A stretch of DNA of 64,000 nt from Octopus vulgaris (taxonomy: Eukaryota), in assembly GCA_951406725.2 (NCBI GenBank), contig OX597820.1:41850001-41914000 (forward strand), given 5' to 3'. Of this stretch, positions 40,708 to 57,797 are shown piece by piece (the stretch's first letter is position 1; each line of letters begins with the position of its first letter). The translations under genes and the position numbers were made by a program. Below the pieces are notes generated by a model that ran no database searches, had not been told where the DNA came from, and saw nothing but the letters and a program-made list of their open reading frames with translations.

Positions 40708-41550
40708 ACGTACCATATATATATGAAGTTGCTCTCAAATGCCAAAAAAGGAACAAAACACAAAAGGAAATCTTAACTGGGGAAATGAAAAGCAGAAAAG
40801 AAGAGAGCAACTCCATATACGAAAGGCAGATATCCTTAAGTGACAAGATTTCCTATAAAATTGATATGCCATGAAGGAAAAGGACAATGCAAATTATCTG
40901 AAGATAGTAGGTCAGTTGTGGACACAGGTTTCTGCCACCAAAGGCGTCATCAATACGAAATTTGTTTTACCTTATCTCCAGTAGCCAACTGATATACATA
41001 TGAAAACAAAAACACGCTTATGACCGAGGTAATCTGTGCAATTTAAATTAAAATGAGCTAAAAAAAGAGAACCCAGTGGCATATATCAGCAACGAAAGCA
41101 AATTACATAGGCAATGAAAATGTGTATGTCTAATTACTTGGTTCCTGGACATAAGGTAGAAAACAGCAGTTCTGATAAAAGCTATTGCGATAGAAACACA
41201 TGTCTACGACTGCCTTCTTATATGTAGACCATAACCCTATCCGTTTCATTAATGGCGTTCAAAATCTAGAGTATTCCTGATACTTTAAAATTACTTCCCC
41301 TTCTTATATGAAGGCAGCCTCAGTTAATTTATGGCAATTGTGATATATTCTCTGGAGGAGGAGGTAATTTTGATAAATTACGAAACTACGTTGGATAGAG
41401 AGAGAGAGATAGAATCAGGATGTTGTTGGAATAATAGACGGTGATAGCGAACAGGATGGGTTTCATACCAAAGAAAATGAAAAGAGGGTAAATATACAAT
41501 GATATAAGGAATACATTTGTGGCATATATTGACGACGACGACGATGATGG

Positions 41551-41584
<34 letters not shown>

Positions 41585-42617
41585 TAATTATGATGACGAC
41601 GATGATGATGAATATAATGGCGTTCAAGTCGACGAAGAAGGTAGATATATCTTTTTGATGCAGTTCCATTTCAAAATGCTGATTATGATGATGATGATTG
41701 CAATGTTGGTAGTGATGATGATGATGTTGGTGCCTAGGTCGATAACAAGTAGCTTCTGGAATGTGCCAGCATCCATTGATAGCTCCAATGCTCAACCAAT
41801 ATTGCTGTCAGCGCAATGGAAATGTCAGTTTCATGAAATTAAAAGACACTGAAACATTGTTAACTTGTACCGGGGGGTAGCTGATGAAGAACCAAACACT
41901 GCCTTCACCTCTTCTCCTATCTTTCTCTTCTCATGCTCGCTCCGTATTTTTCTTTCTCCCGATTTTTCTTTCCCGTTCTATTGCATACGTTCGCCATCCA
42001 TCCCCTCTCCATTTATTTCGTTCTCATTCCATTTTAGTCACCTAGTCACCAATCGAACAATATCATTCTTCGATTGACGTACACATCACATACATATACA
42101 TACACAAACATACACAACATACCTATTTACACATCCATACGAACACATACACACACTCATATGTTATATATATATATATATATATACTGTATGTTTATAA
42201 ATGCATGTCTATTCATCTGTGGCTGTTTATGTTTGGATCTCTGTCGGTTTCGACGATGGTTATAAAATTTGTTCGTTGAGCAAAGCTTTCTACAGCCTAA
42301 TAGTTAACTTGAAGTAAAGTGTTTGAATAATCTTAATTTATTTCTCTGTCAGAATCAAAGCCGGTGTTTGATTCTGGGTGCAAGGTTGGCAATTTGAATA
42401 ATAAAGCAGTCAATCTAGCAAGAGTTCCATACAGAATAAGCCAATTTATTTGCACTCACAAAATTTCTATCTCACCGCACTAACGTTAAAAACTAATAGT
42501 AATACGGACTTCAAAACCTCGGCACATTCACCTCGTATGAGGACCTTATACCTGTATCGAAACTTGCTGGTTATATATGTACACACTCTATACACACACA
42601 TATAATAATGATTTAAA

Positions 42618-42822
42618 ATTTTGACACGATAACAGCAATTGCGGGAGAGGACTTAAGTCGATTACATCGACCCAGTGCGCAAATGGTGCTTATTTTATAA
42701 ACCCGGAAAGGATGAAAAACAAAGTCGACGTTGGTGCATTTTGAACTCGGAAGGTGAAAACGGACCAAATGCTGCTAAGCATTTTGCTCGACATGCTACC
42801 AATTCTGCCAGGTCGCGGCCTT
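42618..42822 (-). mobile_element. SINE family B (tRNA head plus Meta-like core)
   Basis: ttaagtcgattacatcgacccagtgcgcaaatggtgctt..ccggaaaggatgaaaaacaaagtcgac..tttgaactc..gctaagcatttt..tctgccaggtcgcggcctt. Confidence 0.85.
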
Positions 42823-43225
42823 AAACACACACACACACACACACATACACACACACAGAGGCACACATTAATAACAACAACAGTAATATTACTAATGATC
42901 TATACTATTATAGCAACTAAGCATAAACTTTTATGTCAGCGTGGTAATGATGATGGTAACAAGAAGAAGAAGAAGAAGAAGAAAAAGAAGAAGAAGAAGA
43001 AGAAGAAGAAGAAAAAGAAGAAGAAGAAACAACAATAATAGTGATAATTATAATATCACATAATATAACATGCAAACATACAGACAAACATTCTCACACA
43101 ATCAGACACAAATACGCGTAAATACACTCACACATACAGTTTAAATACACTAGATTACAAAATGTGTGAGTGTGGATATTATGTGAGTGTGTGTGTGTTT
43201 GTGTTAGCGCGTATGTGTGTACATA

Positions 43226-43298
<73 letters not shown>

Positions 43299-43342
43299 TA
43301 TAAGACCAAAGGGGTACGGGCGCCGCTATATATATGTAAAAG

Positions 43343-43554
43343 AATACAAAATCAGGCAAGAACGCAAAACATTTAGAAGACGATACAAAAAACACGGACA
43401 TTCGAATCCTTCAATCTTTAGTCAAGGACCGGATCATCCTCCAGCCGAAATTGCGAGTATGATACGGTTCTTGACTGAAGATTGAAGGCTTCGAATGTCC
43501 CGTCCGTGTTTTTTGTATCGTCTTCTAAATGTTTTGCGTTCTTGTCCCAGTTTG

Positions 43555-43558
<4 letters not shown>
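43343..43558. mobile_element. ~215-bp foldback (MITE-like or inverted retro-derived) element in (TA)n
   Basis: Arms 43343-43441 and 43455-43558 are ~100-bp inverted repeats with few mismatches and one 4-nt indel; 13-nt loop; TA runs on both sides. Confidence 0.85.
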
Positions 43559-43614
<56 letters not shown>

Positions 43615-44154
43615 TAGATAGATATAGTTATGCATTACGAGTGTGCGACATGGGCGCCTGAGTGTGTATTACTTATTGCTCATCACACAGCTTGATGAAC
43701 ATTTTGGAGGAAATTCTTGGCCCTTAATATTCATCATGTCAGTCTATCCTTCATTCCTTTTTTATATATGTATACTCTATGCATTCTCTCACTCTCCTTC
43801 TGTGTTTATCCCACTCTCTCTTACTTATATCGTCTCGCCGTATTGCGCACTTCTTTGTCTGCTATTCTCTACCTTTCATCCCAGTTACCTAACATTAGTT
43901 CAACGCCTCCATTTTATTCCTCTTCATTTTTCTCTTTTTTTAAAAAATACTTTCATGTAGCTTAGGCGTATACTTTCAAGCTGTCTTTTTAGTTCAGACT
44001 TGTCTATCATATTTTCAGTGTTTATACACAATTTCAATAAACACATGTTTTTGCACACAAGCACAGGTACATAAAAGTACACACACACACACACACACAC
44101 ATATATACACATGCATATACATATTTATCTATATATAAACACACACACACAACC

Positions 44155-44188
<34 letters not shown>

Positions 44189-45069
44189 GTATGTATGTAT
44201 GTATATGCATTATTTTATGTATATATGCATATGTATGTGTATATATATGTATATATAAATAGGAGCACTTGCATGTGTATATATATATGTATGTGTGTGT
44301 GTATGTGTGTGTGTGCGTGTTTCCTTTACTGTATATCAGTCACATGAGTGCTTTTACTGTTCTTTCTCCTCCTCTCCTATCGCCACCACTACCATCATAC
44401 ACCCCCCACACACACAATCCCCCACCTCACCTCCACCACTAAGACCGCCATCACTGCCAAGTTGCCATCATTTGATCTTTATGTCTCTCTGTCTGTGCCT
44501 GCGACATGTGTTCGAAGTTTGAAAGCTAAACATTTTGAAACGAAGATTTTAGCAGGGACCATCAATAGAAGCATATGTCAAAAGAATGTTTATTCAGTGA
44601 TGTAACAGTAACAATGGAAAATCGATGTTTATTGTAATACAACTACAATAACAGGATCCATTCAAATGTATATCAATGGAACGCATATTTAATCTACAAT
44701 AAAATAAAAAAAAAAATTCTTTATTAATGGAATTTATTTTTTATTTATTCATTTCGATTATTAATACTTCGATTTCTCTGTATATATGAGGGATATATGT
44801 GAATTTCTATTTGTTCAGTATATAATGTCGCATTTATATAACAGAAAATATAGAAGTAAAATAAATTGTCATGTATCAAAACTATATATTGAAAGATATG
44901 TAAATTATATGGGCGATGCTAACATGCAGTGAGCCAAGAAATGTTATTTAATTGAAATCATACATGTGGTAGAGAAAAAGAAAGTGTAGCTTTACGAATT
45001 CTGGTGAAGTGATGCTAGGAGAAGTAACCTCTGATTTTTTTTTATTTATTTAAAATTAGCTAATGCCTT

Positions 45070-45445
45070 TTTATCTTCTGCTTGTTTCAGTTGTTACATT
45101 GCGGTCATGCTGGGGCACCACTTTGAAGAGTTTTATTTGAATGAATGGACCGTAGCACTTTTGTTCTTTTAATGCTTGGTTCTTATTCTATCCGTCATTT
45201 TTGCCGAGCCGCTAAGTTACGTGGACATAAATACAAGAACACCGGTTGTCAAAGAAAGGTGAGGGACAAATCAGACACAAATACACATAAACACGCACGC
45301 ACACATACACACACATACATATACGATGGGCTTCTTTAAGTTTCCGTCAACTAGATCCGCTCACAAGGCTTTGGTAGACCCGTGGTTATAGTAGAAGACA
45401 TCTGCCCAACGTGCTACGAAGTGAGACTGAATCCATAAACATCTG
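45070..45445 (-). mobile_element. SINE family A, diverged, reverse orientation
   Basis: tgtttcag..tgcggtcatgctggggcacc..ttttgccgagccgctaagttac..ggttgtcaa..gtttccgtc..tcacaaggctttggt..gaagacatctgcccaa is approximately the reverse complement of 23129-23497. Confidence 0.85.
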
Positions 45446-45556
45446 TGACCTCTTCAGCAACCCTTTTCGTTTTCGTGTGTATTCTTGCTCCACTTACTCT
45501 ATTCTGGTCTGCTAAGATGTGTATACTTATGTACGCATACGTTTGTGTCCTTTTGT

Positions 45557-45596
<40 letters not shown>

Positions 45597-45624
45597 ATGT
45601 GTGTATGTATGTGCGTGTGTATGC

Positions 45625-47596
<1,972 letters not shown>

Positions 47597-49064
47597 ATTC
47601 AGATGAATATGGTACTTGAGTTGAGGCACCAGAATTTAGTACGGTATTATCCATACAATTTCAAAATAAGGTGATTGTTGCTTATTTGATATATATATAA
47701 TCTCATTATATATTTTTGTGTTTCTGTGTGTCTGTTTGAATGCACACACACATATAGAGAACATAATCAATGTGCGAAATAAAAGGTTTCTGTTATAGAA
47801 TATGCTATCAATAACATTCAATGCATTGTGTAATATTAGTTTACATTTCAGGTTGTTTAAATTATTTTGTATTATGTAGTATTCGACTTTTTATTCGTTG
47901 GCTGATGCACTAATTTGAATGTCTTCTATATAAAATCAACTTTGGTCAGGTGGATGAAACAATAGAATGCCTACCAAAATCCTCTTCGCTATTACAACCT
48001 CTCTCATCATTGCGTTATCATCACTTGCTGTGAACGCATCTGTAATCCCAGCGATGTTCATTCATAGAAAACGTATAGTAATAATTATAATCTTTCACAA
48101 GGAAAATCTCTGCAATTTATTGTTTACAGTCTTACACAATAGAGCTGAAAAAAGATACATAGACAGATATATGTATGTGTGTGTAAATATGTGTGTATTT
48201 ATGAATGCACGTACTTTTGTGTGTTTGTAGGTATATCTGTTTGTATGTGTACATATTTTCGAATGTATGCGCGCGCATGTTTTAGCCAAAAATGTTTTGA
48301 CATATCACAGGCTTATTTCCCCCATGTAATAATACCTTTGTTAATGCTAAATTTCTGGCTCTTATAATTTAATTTACAGAAATATTTCCCCATATTTTTA
48401 CTTTTGCAGCGTGTGCACGCTGACAATCTGGCGCACACGAACGCACACACTCTCTCACACACACATACATACGCACACACTAATGCACTCACATAAACAC
48501 TCTCATAAACAAATATTCGCGTACAGAAAGGCACAAGCTGTCACACATACACAAGCCACAGGCACAAACATAAGAATAACAAGATATATTTGTATGTGTG
48601 TATGAGAGAGAGAGAGAGAGAGTGGGAGAGAGGAGGAAGAAGGAGAGAAAGATGGGGAGAGGGAGTGAGAGAGTACGCAGGGCACACATTTTAATGCATA
48701 TTCATATATGCACATTTAATACATAATACTGCAAGAATTCTTAATGAATCCAATTTTCTAACTCTACGAATTTTAGGCAAAGTGAACCAAATATGTCCCC
48801 TGAATACGTGTACACAGGACAGCATGAATAAATTATTGGCTGCAACTGTAACGCATAATATTCATAGGTGTTTGTTTATAAACTTCTGTGTTGAAAGAGC
48901 ATAAATTAATAAACAAGTGAAGAATGAAAAAAGAAAGTAATCTGGATATTTTGTAAATATAGTCATTCAAACACAAACACAAATGTAAAGGCAGAAAAGG
49001 GTACCCATTCAATACCTATATACAGATGAATATAAAACAGATCGAATCATAGATGTTTATCTCA

Positions 49065-49268
49065 AATTTTAGCATAAAGCCAGCAATTTCCGAGGAAGCG
49101 CTAATCGATTACATTGCCCCAGGACTCTACTGGTATTTATTTTATCGATTCCGAAGTGTTGAAAGTAAAGTCGGCCTCGGTGGAATTGGAACTCTGAACG
49201 TAAGGATGGACGAAATGCCGCTAAGCATAAGGTCTGTCGTGCTAAGGATTCTACATGCTCACGGCCTT
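49065..49268 (-). mobile_element. SINE family B
   Basis: atcgattacattgcccca..ctggtatttattttatcga..aaagtcggcctcggtggaattggaactc..gacgaaatgccgctaagca. Confidence 0.8.
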
Positions 49269-51294
49269 AGTCGAATCATAGATATTACAAACTAAATGCA
49301 ACAAGTACAAAAAAATTACGTATCACTCGCAATGTTATAAAGTGTGGTTAAATCTTCTCATATCTTGGTCTACATAAACAATGTGACCCTCGGTTTTCAA
49401 GACCGTTGAATGTTAATTTAGGTTCTAATTTTTTCAAGATTGGTGGTGTTCTGCAGCCCGAGCGATGGACAGGTCGTTATGTCTCGAATGCCGTTGATCA
49501 TTAGTCTGCTCAGTGATATCTGTACTGGTAATGAATATTAATGATATTTGTAATTTAGGCACACTATGAGCAATTTTGGAAGAAAGGGATTCTGCCATCT
49601 AGATTTATATATGTATAGAAAAAAACAAATAACTAAACGCCGGCAAAACTGATGTCTTTTATGTACCAGTTTACAGTAAGTGGTTTCAAAATGCCTTATA
49701 TAAGATAAATTTTGTGTTGTTATTTAGTCCCAGCAACTCCTGTGACCGAGCAGTTGTATGATACTCACCGAACAATCAGGTGCGATTCAAAGATCTGTTT
49801 TTACAGTTATAGAGCGTATCCGCTTAACAAAGAACAATATTACACACTGCTACATACAAAAGTGATTGTGTCGTCAGAGTACGTTGATAGGTCAGTCTTC
49901 ATCACATAGACCTATGATTAAAAATGTTTCAGATATATTCTATATTCTGGTTTACATTATCTATGTATTTGGTGCTAAAGAATTTTACTGTTATCATGAA
50001 TCATATTATTATCAGTGGTAAATTTAATAGTAACAACTCTACACAAATAGTATTTATATTTTTTTGCTGAATCTTCCAATCATAATAATGGAATATGATT
50101 ACGTATAGCTGACACGATTACATTGTAATCGTATTTGAATAGTACTGTGTGAGACCTCTACTTAATCACTTGATCAATTAACTCTTTGTCACCAACTATC
50201 TTTCAAATCACTTGCCGCATTTCCTCTTATGAAGGAACATACTGGATAATGTGGTGAAAAATAAAAGAGATAGATATGGTTGAAATGTTTTTTGTCTTAA
50301 ATCTGCTCGATCAGAGACGACTTTGAATTAAACAGCATATATTGAACTATATATAATAAGTTGAGAATTTGTAGCGTATCTTGCAATGTGTACTCTTTCT
50401 AAATAAATTTGTAAAAGTATAATAGTATTTACGTGAGTGTGTATCAGTAGTAAATAATAGGTAAAGCTTTTATAGACAGTGCTGTAAGATGACTATTTCT
50501 TTTCACAATGTTCTCTGTAACCGTTGATCAAATAATATTGGAAATATTTGTGGTAGGAAGTCAGACAAATGCTAATAGGTCATGATAACATTGCTAAATC
50601 CTAACGATAGACACACTGTGTATATACTGTCTAGCAATAGATACAATATATTATCAGATATCAGAGATCGTAGAAATATAACGATATTATATCACACATT
50701 TATTCATTTATTACAAGTTCTTACTGATATTAGAAGTATCTGGAGATGGATGTCTTTAGATTTATTCAATTAATATTACTAATAGAGGAAATATTCCTGA
50801 TGGGAAATTACACCTATGCGTGGGTATCAGTTACAGAGAATAGTGTTAGTAGTATGAATATTATTGATGACAGAGATAATAACACAACAGATATTACTTA
50901 TATACAAAATATCACCGATTATACGCACAAAAATGAAAATAAAAGAAGAAACGAAAAAACTTGCAGCCTTCAAAATTTACGGTTGACTGCAAAAATGACA
51001 AACAAAAGCATCGTACCAAGTAAGCAAGTACGGTGGCAATATGTTACAAATATATTTGTTTTTATCTCATTATTAAAATAGACACAATTTTATGAGATCA
51101 GGGAGACGAAAATTGTCATTATATGCAATAGTACATAAAAAGTCTACCAAATGGTATTCGATAAACGGAAATATATTGAACAAAAGAATTCTCTGGCTAG
51201 AGGATAACTCGTCGCGTTCTGGGATATAAAACAAGTCTCAGAAAGAGGTTACGTGTATACAAACGTTTAAAAATATTGATTTCTCACGCAAACT

Positions 51295-51483
51295 TATGAT
51301 CTCGATCTTGAGGGATGTTGACAGTCAATTATATTGACAACAGTATGTCGCTGGTACTTTACTTCATAGAACTCTCTCAAGTATGAACGACAAAGCTGAC
51401 CACGGTGAGCTTTTAAATCAAAACCTTAAAACGGGAACATATACCGCATGGCATGTAGCTCGTCGCGCAATCGATTCTGCCAA
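51295..51483 (-). mobile_element. SINE family B, strongly degenerate
   Basis: agtcaattatattgac..ctggtacttt..caaagctgaccacggtg..ataccgc..cgattctgcca. Confidence 0.5.
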
Positions 51484-51554
51484 TACAGAACACTCATTGT
51501 TTAAGAATATCATTAAATTAAATGCGCGATTGCAAACACACACACAAAACACAC

Positions 51555-51606
<52 letters not shown>

Positions 51607-51677
51607 AAACATATACACACATGCACACACAGACATGCGTGTATATATAAATACATATATACGCACATGATAGATCG

Positions 51678-51866
51678 TTAGCTCCTACACGCATTTTTTT
51701 CTCTCCTTCTTTCTCTCCTTGTTTTTTTTCTGTGTATCTTTCTGTCGAAGAGCGCAGGCTCGAAACGTAAAATACTTTTTCTATTCCTGAGCGCTATACT
51801 AATACATTTGTTTGTTTGTACACCACCTGCCTTCGTCTTTTGTTTATTTTCATAAACTTTCCCTTT
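51678..51866 (+). mobile_element. Short repeat family H2 with hammerhead-like motif at 51734-51775
   Basis: Homologous to about 15138-15305; contains ttt-CTGTCGAA-gagc-gcag-gctc-GAAA-cGTA-aaa. Confidence 0.65.
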
Positions 51867-52923
51867 ATATACGCACATATATCTACACGCATTCATATTT
51901 ATATATAATACACAATACACACGTAAGGTGTGGTTTCTAAAGTCACTACTTTCATGATGCCTGTATGCAAAATGTTAAAGAGTGCTACCGTTCAATCTAG
52001 ATATCCAATGTGGGAAAGCATGCAATGCATAAGTGCGAATCCAATTCACAACTGCCACCAATCACATGCTGCTTGCATATTTAGCGAACAGAGGATGTGA
52101 GAAACAGAAGAAACATTGAAGACCACTTCGAAAATAGGGTAATCTGGCTTATTGCATATTGTCTTCCAAGAGTCATGTTCCAGTGGGCAGCAATAGCAAA
52201 TGTACTCTCAAACAATCACCTTTTCTCATTCTATGGCTCACTCTCTCATTCTCTTCCACTTACTTTCTTCCTTGTTTGTTGCGACTGAAACTATTTACTC
52301 TCCCCCGTGCCACTCCATAAATATTCTTTCGGTCTTCACATCACAAGTTTAAAATTTCACACAATCCAGAATTACATTCTCTGGATTTGTCTTACACTTA
52401 ATCATTTAAGAATTTTCAAGTCTTAGTGGGAATAACAGTGATTACTTATATGCTTGTAGATGTATCTCTGTTGTTATGTAACCATATTTGTGTAAATTGC
52501 GTATGTATAGGTGAGAAGGAAAAGAGGGAAGAAAGCGAGCAAGAGAAATAGAGAGAAAGAAGAGAAAGGGATGTTTGTAAAGAAAATTAAAATAAATCAA
52601 AGTAAGTGAGATAGCTTGGAAAACAAAGATGCTGTTAACAATAACAGAAAAGAAACAACAACATTGCAATCAATCTGCCATGTGAGAGGAATTTCGTCAC
52701 TAGTTATACGGTGACAAAAAATGAAATAGCAAGCACCTGAAATTAAGAGAATGTATGTATGAAGTATACTTCATTTTCTCCTTCATATGGATATTCACAC
52801 ATTCACACGAAAGCTCCAACGCAGAAAACGTAATACCTCACCGATGTGTGTATACGTGATTCTGTGTCTATATGTGTGTGTTGGTGTGTAGGTATATGCA
52901 TGTGGGAATCTGTGTATATACAT

Positions 52924-52968
<45 letters not shown>

Positions 52969-53159
52969 TACATACAAGCACATATATCGTCATACATATA
53001 TACGTGTGCGTGCGTGCATGTGTTTGTATACTCGTATTTATCTGTGTGTGTACGAGTGTGATTGCGTATAGTTTTTCATGAAAAATCAGCAGTGTTATGC
53101 AAAACCATCCTCTGTAACGTTTTGAGCATATTTTTGTCCTATCTATCTATCCATCCACC

Positions 53160-53190
<31 letters not shown>

Positions 53191-53195
<5 letters not shown>

Positions 53196-53768
53196 GGTGG
53201 ACGCGTCTGAAAGGATTGGAGACAAACACTTTCCTCTCTGGTCAATCTCTCATCAACTTCTTCAAGTACCACTTGAAAAGGAAAGTGAGAGTAGAGAGTA
53301 GAGAGTAGCGAATGTTTTAAAAAAAGATGGGTGAATGTAGCAAGAATGGCACGTATGAATGACGAAGCCACCTTGAGCATAGTCCTATGAACCCAGAAAT
53401 CGAAAACAGAGAGTTGCTTATTTGCAAAAAAAAAAAAAAAAAGAAATATAAAATGTGACTTCATTGACCGAGGTTACCGTGGTCTTTTCCGTAGGCTTTT
53501 CTTTCCACGGGTAAACCTCACCTGTCCTCCCCTTTACACTTCATATTGACATTTCTGTGATAACGATCCCTATTGATCAATTTTTTTTCCTCCCCCCTTT
53601 TTTTAAACCCCCCTTTTTTTGTCCTCTTTCTCTCCTTTTACGATCCCTTTTGATCGAAACTCCCCCTTTCCTTTTTTTTTTTTTTTTTTTTTCTAACCCT
53701 TCAAAAGAAAAGCTCTACCTTGTAATTTGTTCTATCTGTGTGCAGCCCGGTGTGGCTAATAAAGAAAC
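53191..53768 (+). mobile_element. 5'-truncated L1/Tx1-type LINE (copy C)
   Basis: Homologous to 8581-9230 (gcgtctgaaaggattggagacaaacactttcctctctgg...aataaagaaac); (TATC)n on both sides. Confidence 0.9.
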
Positions 53769-53795
53769 ATATCTATCTATCTATCTATCTATCTT

Positions 53796-53831
<36 letters not shown>

Positions 53832-53833
53832 CC

Positions 53834-53875
<42 letters not shown>

Positions 53876-53899
53876 TTATCTAACTATCTATATGTATAT

Positions 53900-53943
<44 letters not shown>

Positions 53944-53952
53944 TTATCTATC

Positions 53953-53996
<44 letters not shown>

Positions 53997-54210
53997 GATA
54001 AATCGATAAACGTATCGATAGAAAAACAGACAGGCAAGCAGATAGATAGTCAGACCGATAGATTATACATATGTAAATTATATACTGATACTTAATTTGA
54101 GATATGTAATATATACGTAGGTACAGTTTAAAACCACCCAGTTAAGGACCTAACTGTGTGCGTTTGTATGTATGAGTGCATGTATATATTTATACACAGT
54201 TATATATACC

Positions 54211-54293
<83 letters not shown>

Positions 54294-54295
<2 letters not shown>

Positions 54296-54420
54296 GGCGA
54301 GCCAGAAGAAACTTACAGCAACAGACAAGATGCTTAACGGCATTTAATCAGACTTTACGTTCTGAGTTCAAATTCCTCCCGGATCGACTTTATCATTCAT
54401 CCACGCGTAGCTGATAAATA
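54294..54420 (+). mobile_element. SINE family B 5' part
   Basis: ggcgagccagaagaaac...acgttctgagttcaaattcc..gatcgactttatcattcatcc..gataaa (tRNA-like B box plus start of core). Confidence 0.7.
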
Positions 54421-55043
54421 GAATATCCTCGTCCCTCAGAATATCCCTTTTCCTATAATACAAGAGACGTTATAAACTTATACATACATATCCGCGTTTA
54501 TATTTACAAAAGTATTCAAGAACATATGCAAATACACATACAATAGTTAACATAGTTTCCTATTGTCAAGATCTACAAGGAAAGAAGAATTCTATTTAGT
54601 AAGAGTGTCCTGATTTTCAAATAGAGCAAGACAATGTGCTAAGAATCCGAGTAGTGCTGCTTGCAGATTCAAGGCTAATTATAAAACTTACCCGGCCACA
54701 TGTCTTTGGAGTAAGGAACTGTAAGTAGCTCTGCTATTTATGTCGTATAGACTTAAAGTTAATACGAAATGTATTTCAATAAGTGTGTGTGCGAGGGTGT
54801 GTGTATACTACGCATTATGTATATGCATATATATATATATATATACATGTGTGTGTGTGTGTGTGTATTTATATATGATATATATGTATATATACGTATA
54901 TATATATATGTGTGTGTATGTACGTATGTAAATATATTATATAGAATATTATATTAATATATATATATATACATTAGGCATACATATATATATATATATA
55001 TATACATTAGGCATACATATATATATATATATATATACATACT

Positions 55044-55107
<64 letters not shown>

Positions 55108-55109
55108 TT

Positions 55110-55169
<60 letters not shown>

Positions 55170-55419
55170 CATATATATTAACGTGCAAACATTTATATTC
55201 TTTTCGTGTTTGGTGATGTGCATACATGCATACAGACATCAAGAAGATTCTGTCTATACACATGGGATTATCTGAGTCACAGAAATTACACAACATACTG
55301 ACCTATACATCAACAATGCAGAGCACAACAATACAGAACACAGATAAACACACGCACATGTAGATGTTTGTGAGAGGTATATTTATGCACACACAGGTAC
55401 ACGAACACAATTACATACA

Positions 55420-55461
<42 letters not shown>

Positions 55462-55502
55462 GGGAGAGAGACCAACATACAGGAGAGAGAGAGAAACTCA
55501 TA

Positions 55503-55540
<38 letters not shown>

Positions 55541-56766
55541 TATGCATGGACGTGTGCATAAAGAGAGAGAGACAGAGAGAGATAGAGAGAGATAGAGAGG
55601 TGAGATGTACATAGAAAGAGTAGAGGAAATTCAAACCGAAATAAATAAAATGAAAATGAATGAATGTAATATTGAATACTTCTATATTCATATAGAAAAT
55701 AAACGAAATACCCATTTTCCTCACTTTCAATAACTCTCACTTTGATTCCAAATTTACATTCTCTCACTCTCTATCTCAGCTTCTCACTCTGTATTGTTCT
55801 CTACCTGTCTCTCCTTTACTCTCCTGCACTATCTCAGGCACAATGATTGCAAGCTTATGCTCTATTACACAAATAAAAGCGCTCAATAATACACATACAC
55901 ACACGTGTATACTATATTATATTATTTTATATTATATCATATTATATTTTATTATATTGTATTATATATGTACACAAATATATATACACGTAACCATTTA
56001 CATGTATATATATATGTGTGTGTGTGTGTATGTGTGCTATACGCACACACGAACCACCACACATTTACATGTGTAAATCTCGTTGCATAAAACTGACGAA
56101 CTGACGATGTGTTTGCAAGCGTGTGTATTAGATTGTGAATATGTATACGTTTGCGTGTCCTGCATGGGTATGTTTGTGCACGCTTGTTTGTGAGTGAGTG
56201 TGTGTGTGTGTATGTGTGTGTGTGTGTGTGTGTATCTTCAGGCATGTTTGTGAGTTTGTGTTTGTGGTCTTGTGTGCGTGTATATATATATATAGTTGTG
56301 TATTACTGAAAAGTATACTGGGTCAGTTAGTTATAAATTTTTATCAGAACTTCTCTCAATAAATTTCCTATATAGCAGGTCCAGTGACTTTGCAAAACAA
56401 ATAATAAGACAAAGCCATATAAAACGAATAGAATTCGTTGCAGCTTTTTGAATATAGCTTGGTCTCAAACTCAGGTTATTCAATATTCCGTCGAAATAGG
56501 CAATTGTGATATACATATATACATGCACATGTACATTCACAGACACATACATTCATATGAAATTACGTAGGTATACCTACAATAATACATACATGTACTC
56601 ACACACACACACACACATATATCTATATATAAAGAGAGAAAGAGAGAGGGGGAGACTAATGTATGTATTGTTGGGTATATGTATATATACATGTACATAT
56701 GCAGGTATGTATATATCGTTCTAGTTCTATCTCTCATTCACTCTCTCTCTTCTCTTAATATATATA

Positions 56767-56797
<31 letters not shown>

Positions 56798-56840
56798 CAT
56801 ATGCACACAGACATATATACATTCACATGCGTATATATAT

Positions 56841-56881
<41 letters not shown>

Positions 56882-57042
56882 GAACAGAAACCGAGTGAGG
56901 GACATTGGTTGTAACTTAATTTTATATGTATATATCTATATTTTTTACTCTCTGTGTATATGTGCTTGTGTGGTCGTATGTATTCATATATTTATGTATG
57001 TATATGTGTGTGTATATATATATGTATATATATATATATGTA

Positions 57043-57091
<49 letters not shown>

Positions 57092-57119
57092 ACATTTCGG
57101 TACACATATATATATACAT

Positions 57120-57158
<39 letters not shown>

Positions 57159-57489
57159 ATAACAAAGATGCAGGGAAAGATTCGTAGAGAAGAGAATAAT
57201 TCAAGTTAATAACATATTTGTACAAATAAATAAGTAGATAAATAAATAAATTAGAATTCACAAATGTACAACGATGACAGGAAAATTGAAATTGGAAATT
57301 CATATGAAGGGACGTATGCATATAGGATTATAAATAGGAAATCTGACTGCGGCAGCAGTAGTAGAGTAAACAGAAGGTGAAAATTGGGAAAAGGGGCTGG
57401 GTCGGTATGATCCTTAGAGAGAGAAATTAAAGTAAACAAAATGAGTGAGTGAGTGGAGAAGTGAAAGATTAACAAAAAGTTTTGGAATT

Positions 57490-57526
57490 ATATAATCCTA
57501 TATATATAGGATTATATTATTGTTTA

Positions 57527-57580
<54 letters not shown>

Positions 57581-57587
57581 TAAACAA
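57490..57587. repeat. Two adjacent perfect palindromes, each centred on (AT)n
   Basis: atataatcctatatatataggattatat (57490-57517) and ttgtttagg(at)25cctaaacaa (57520-57587). Confidence 0.9.
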
Positions 57588-57742
57588 ACTCTTTACTCGG
57601 TCAGTGACAACTTCAGTTCATCCGTTCAACGCTAAGGTAGAACAGAAAAGGTACACACACTAACAGATGGATATTAAGGAAACAAGCTAGAGAGAGAGAG
57701 AGAGAGAGAGAGAGCGGAGGAGGAAAAGAGAGAAAGAGAGAA

Positions 57743-57797
<55 letters not shown>

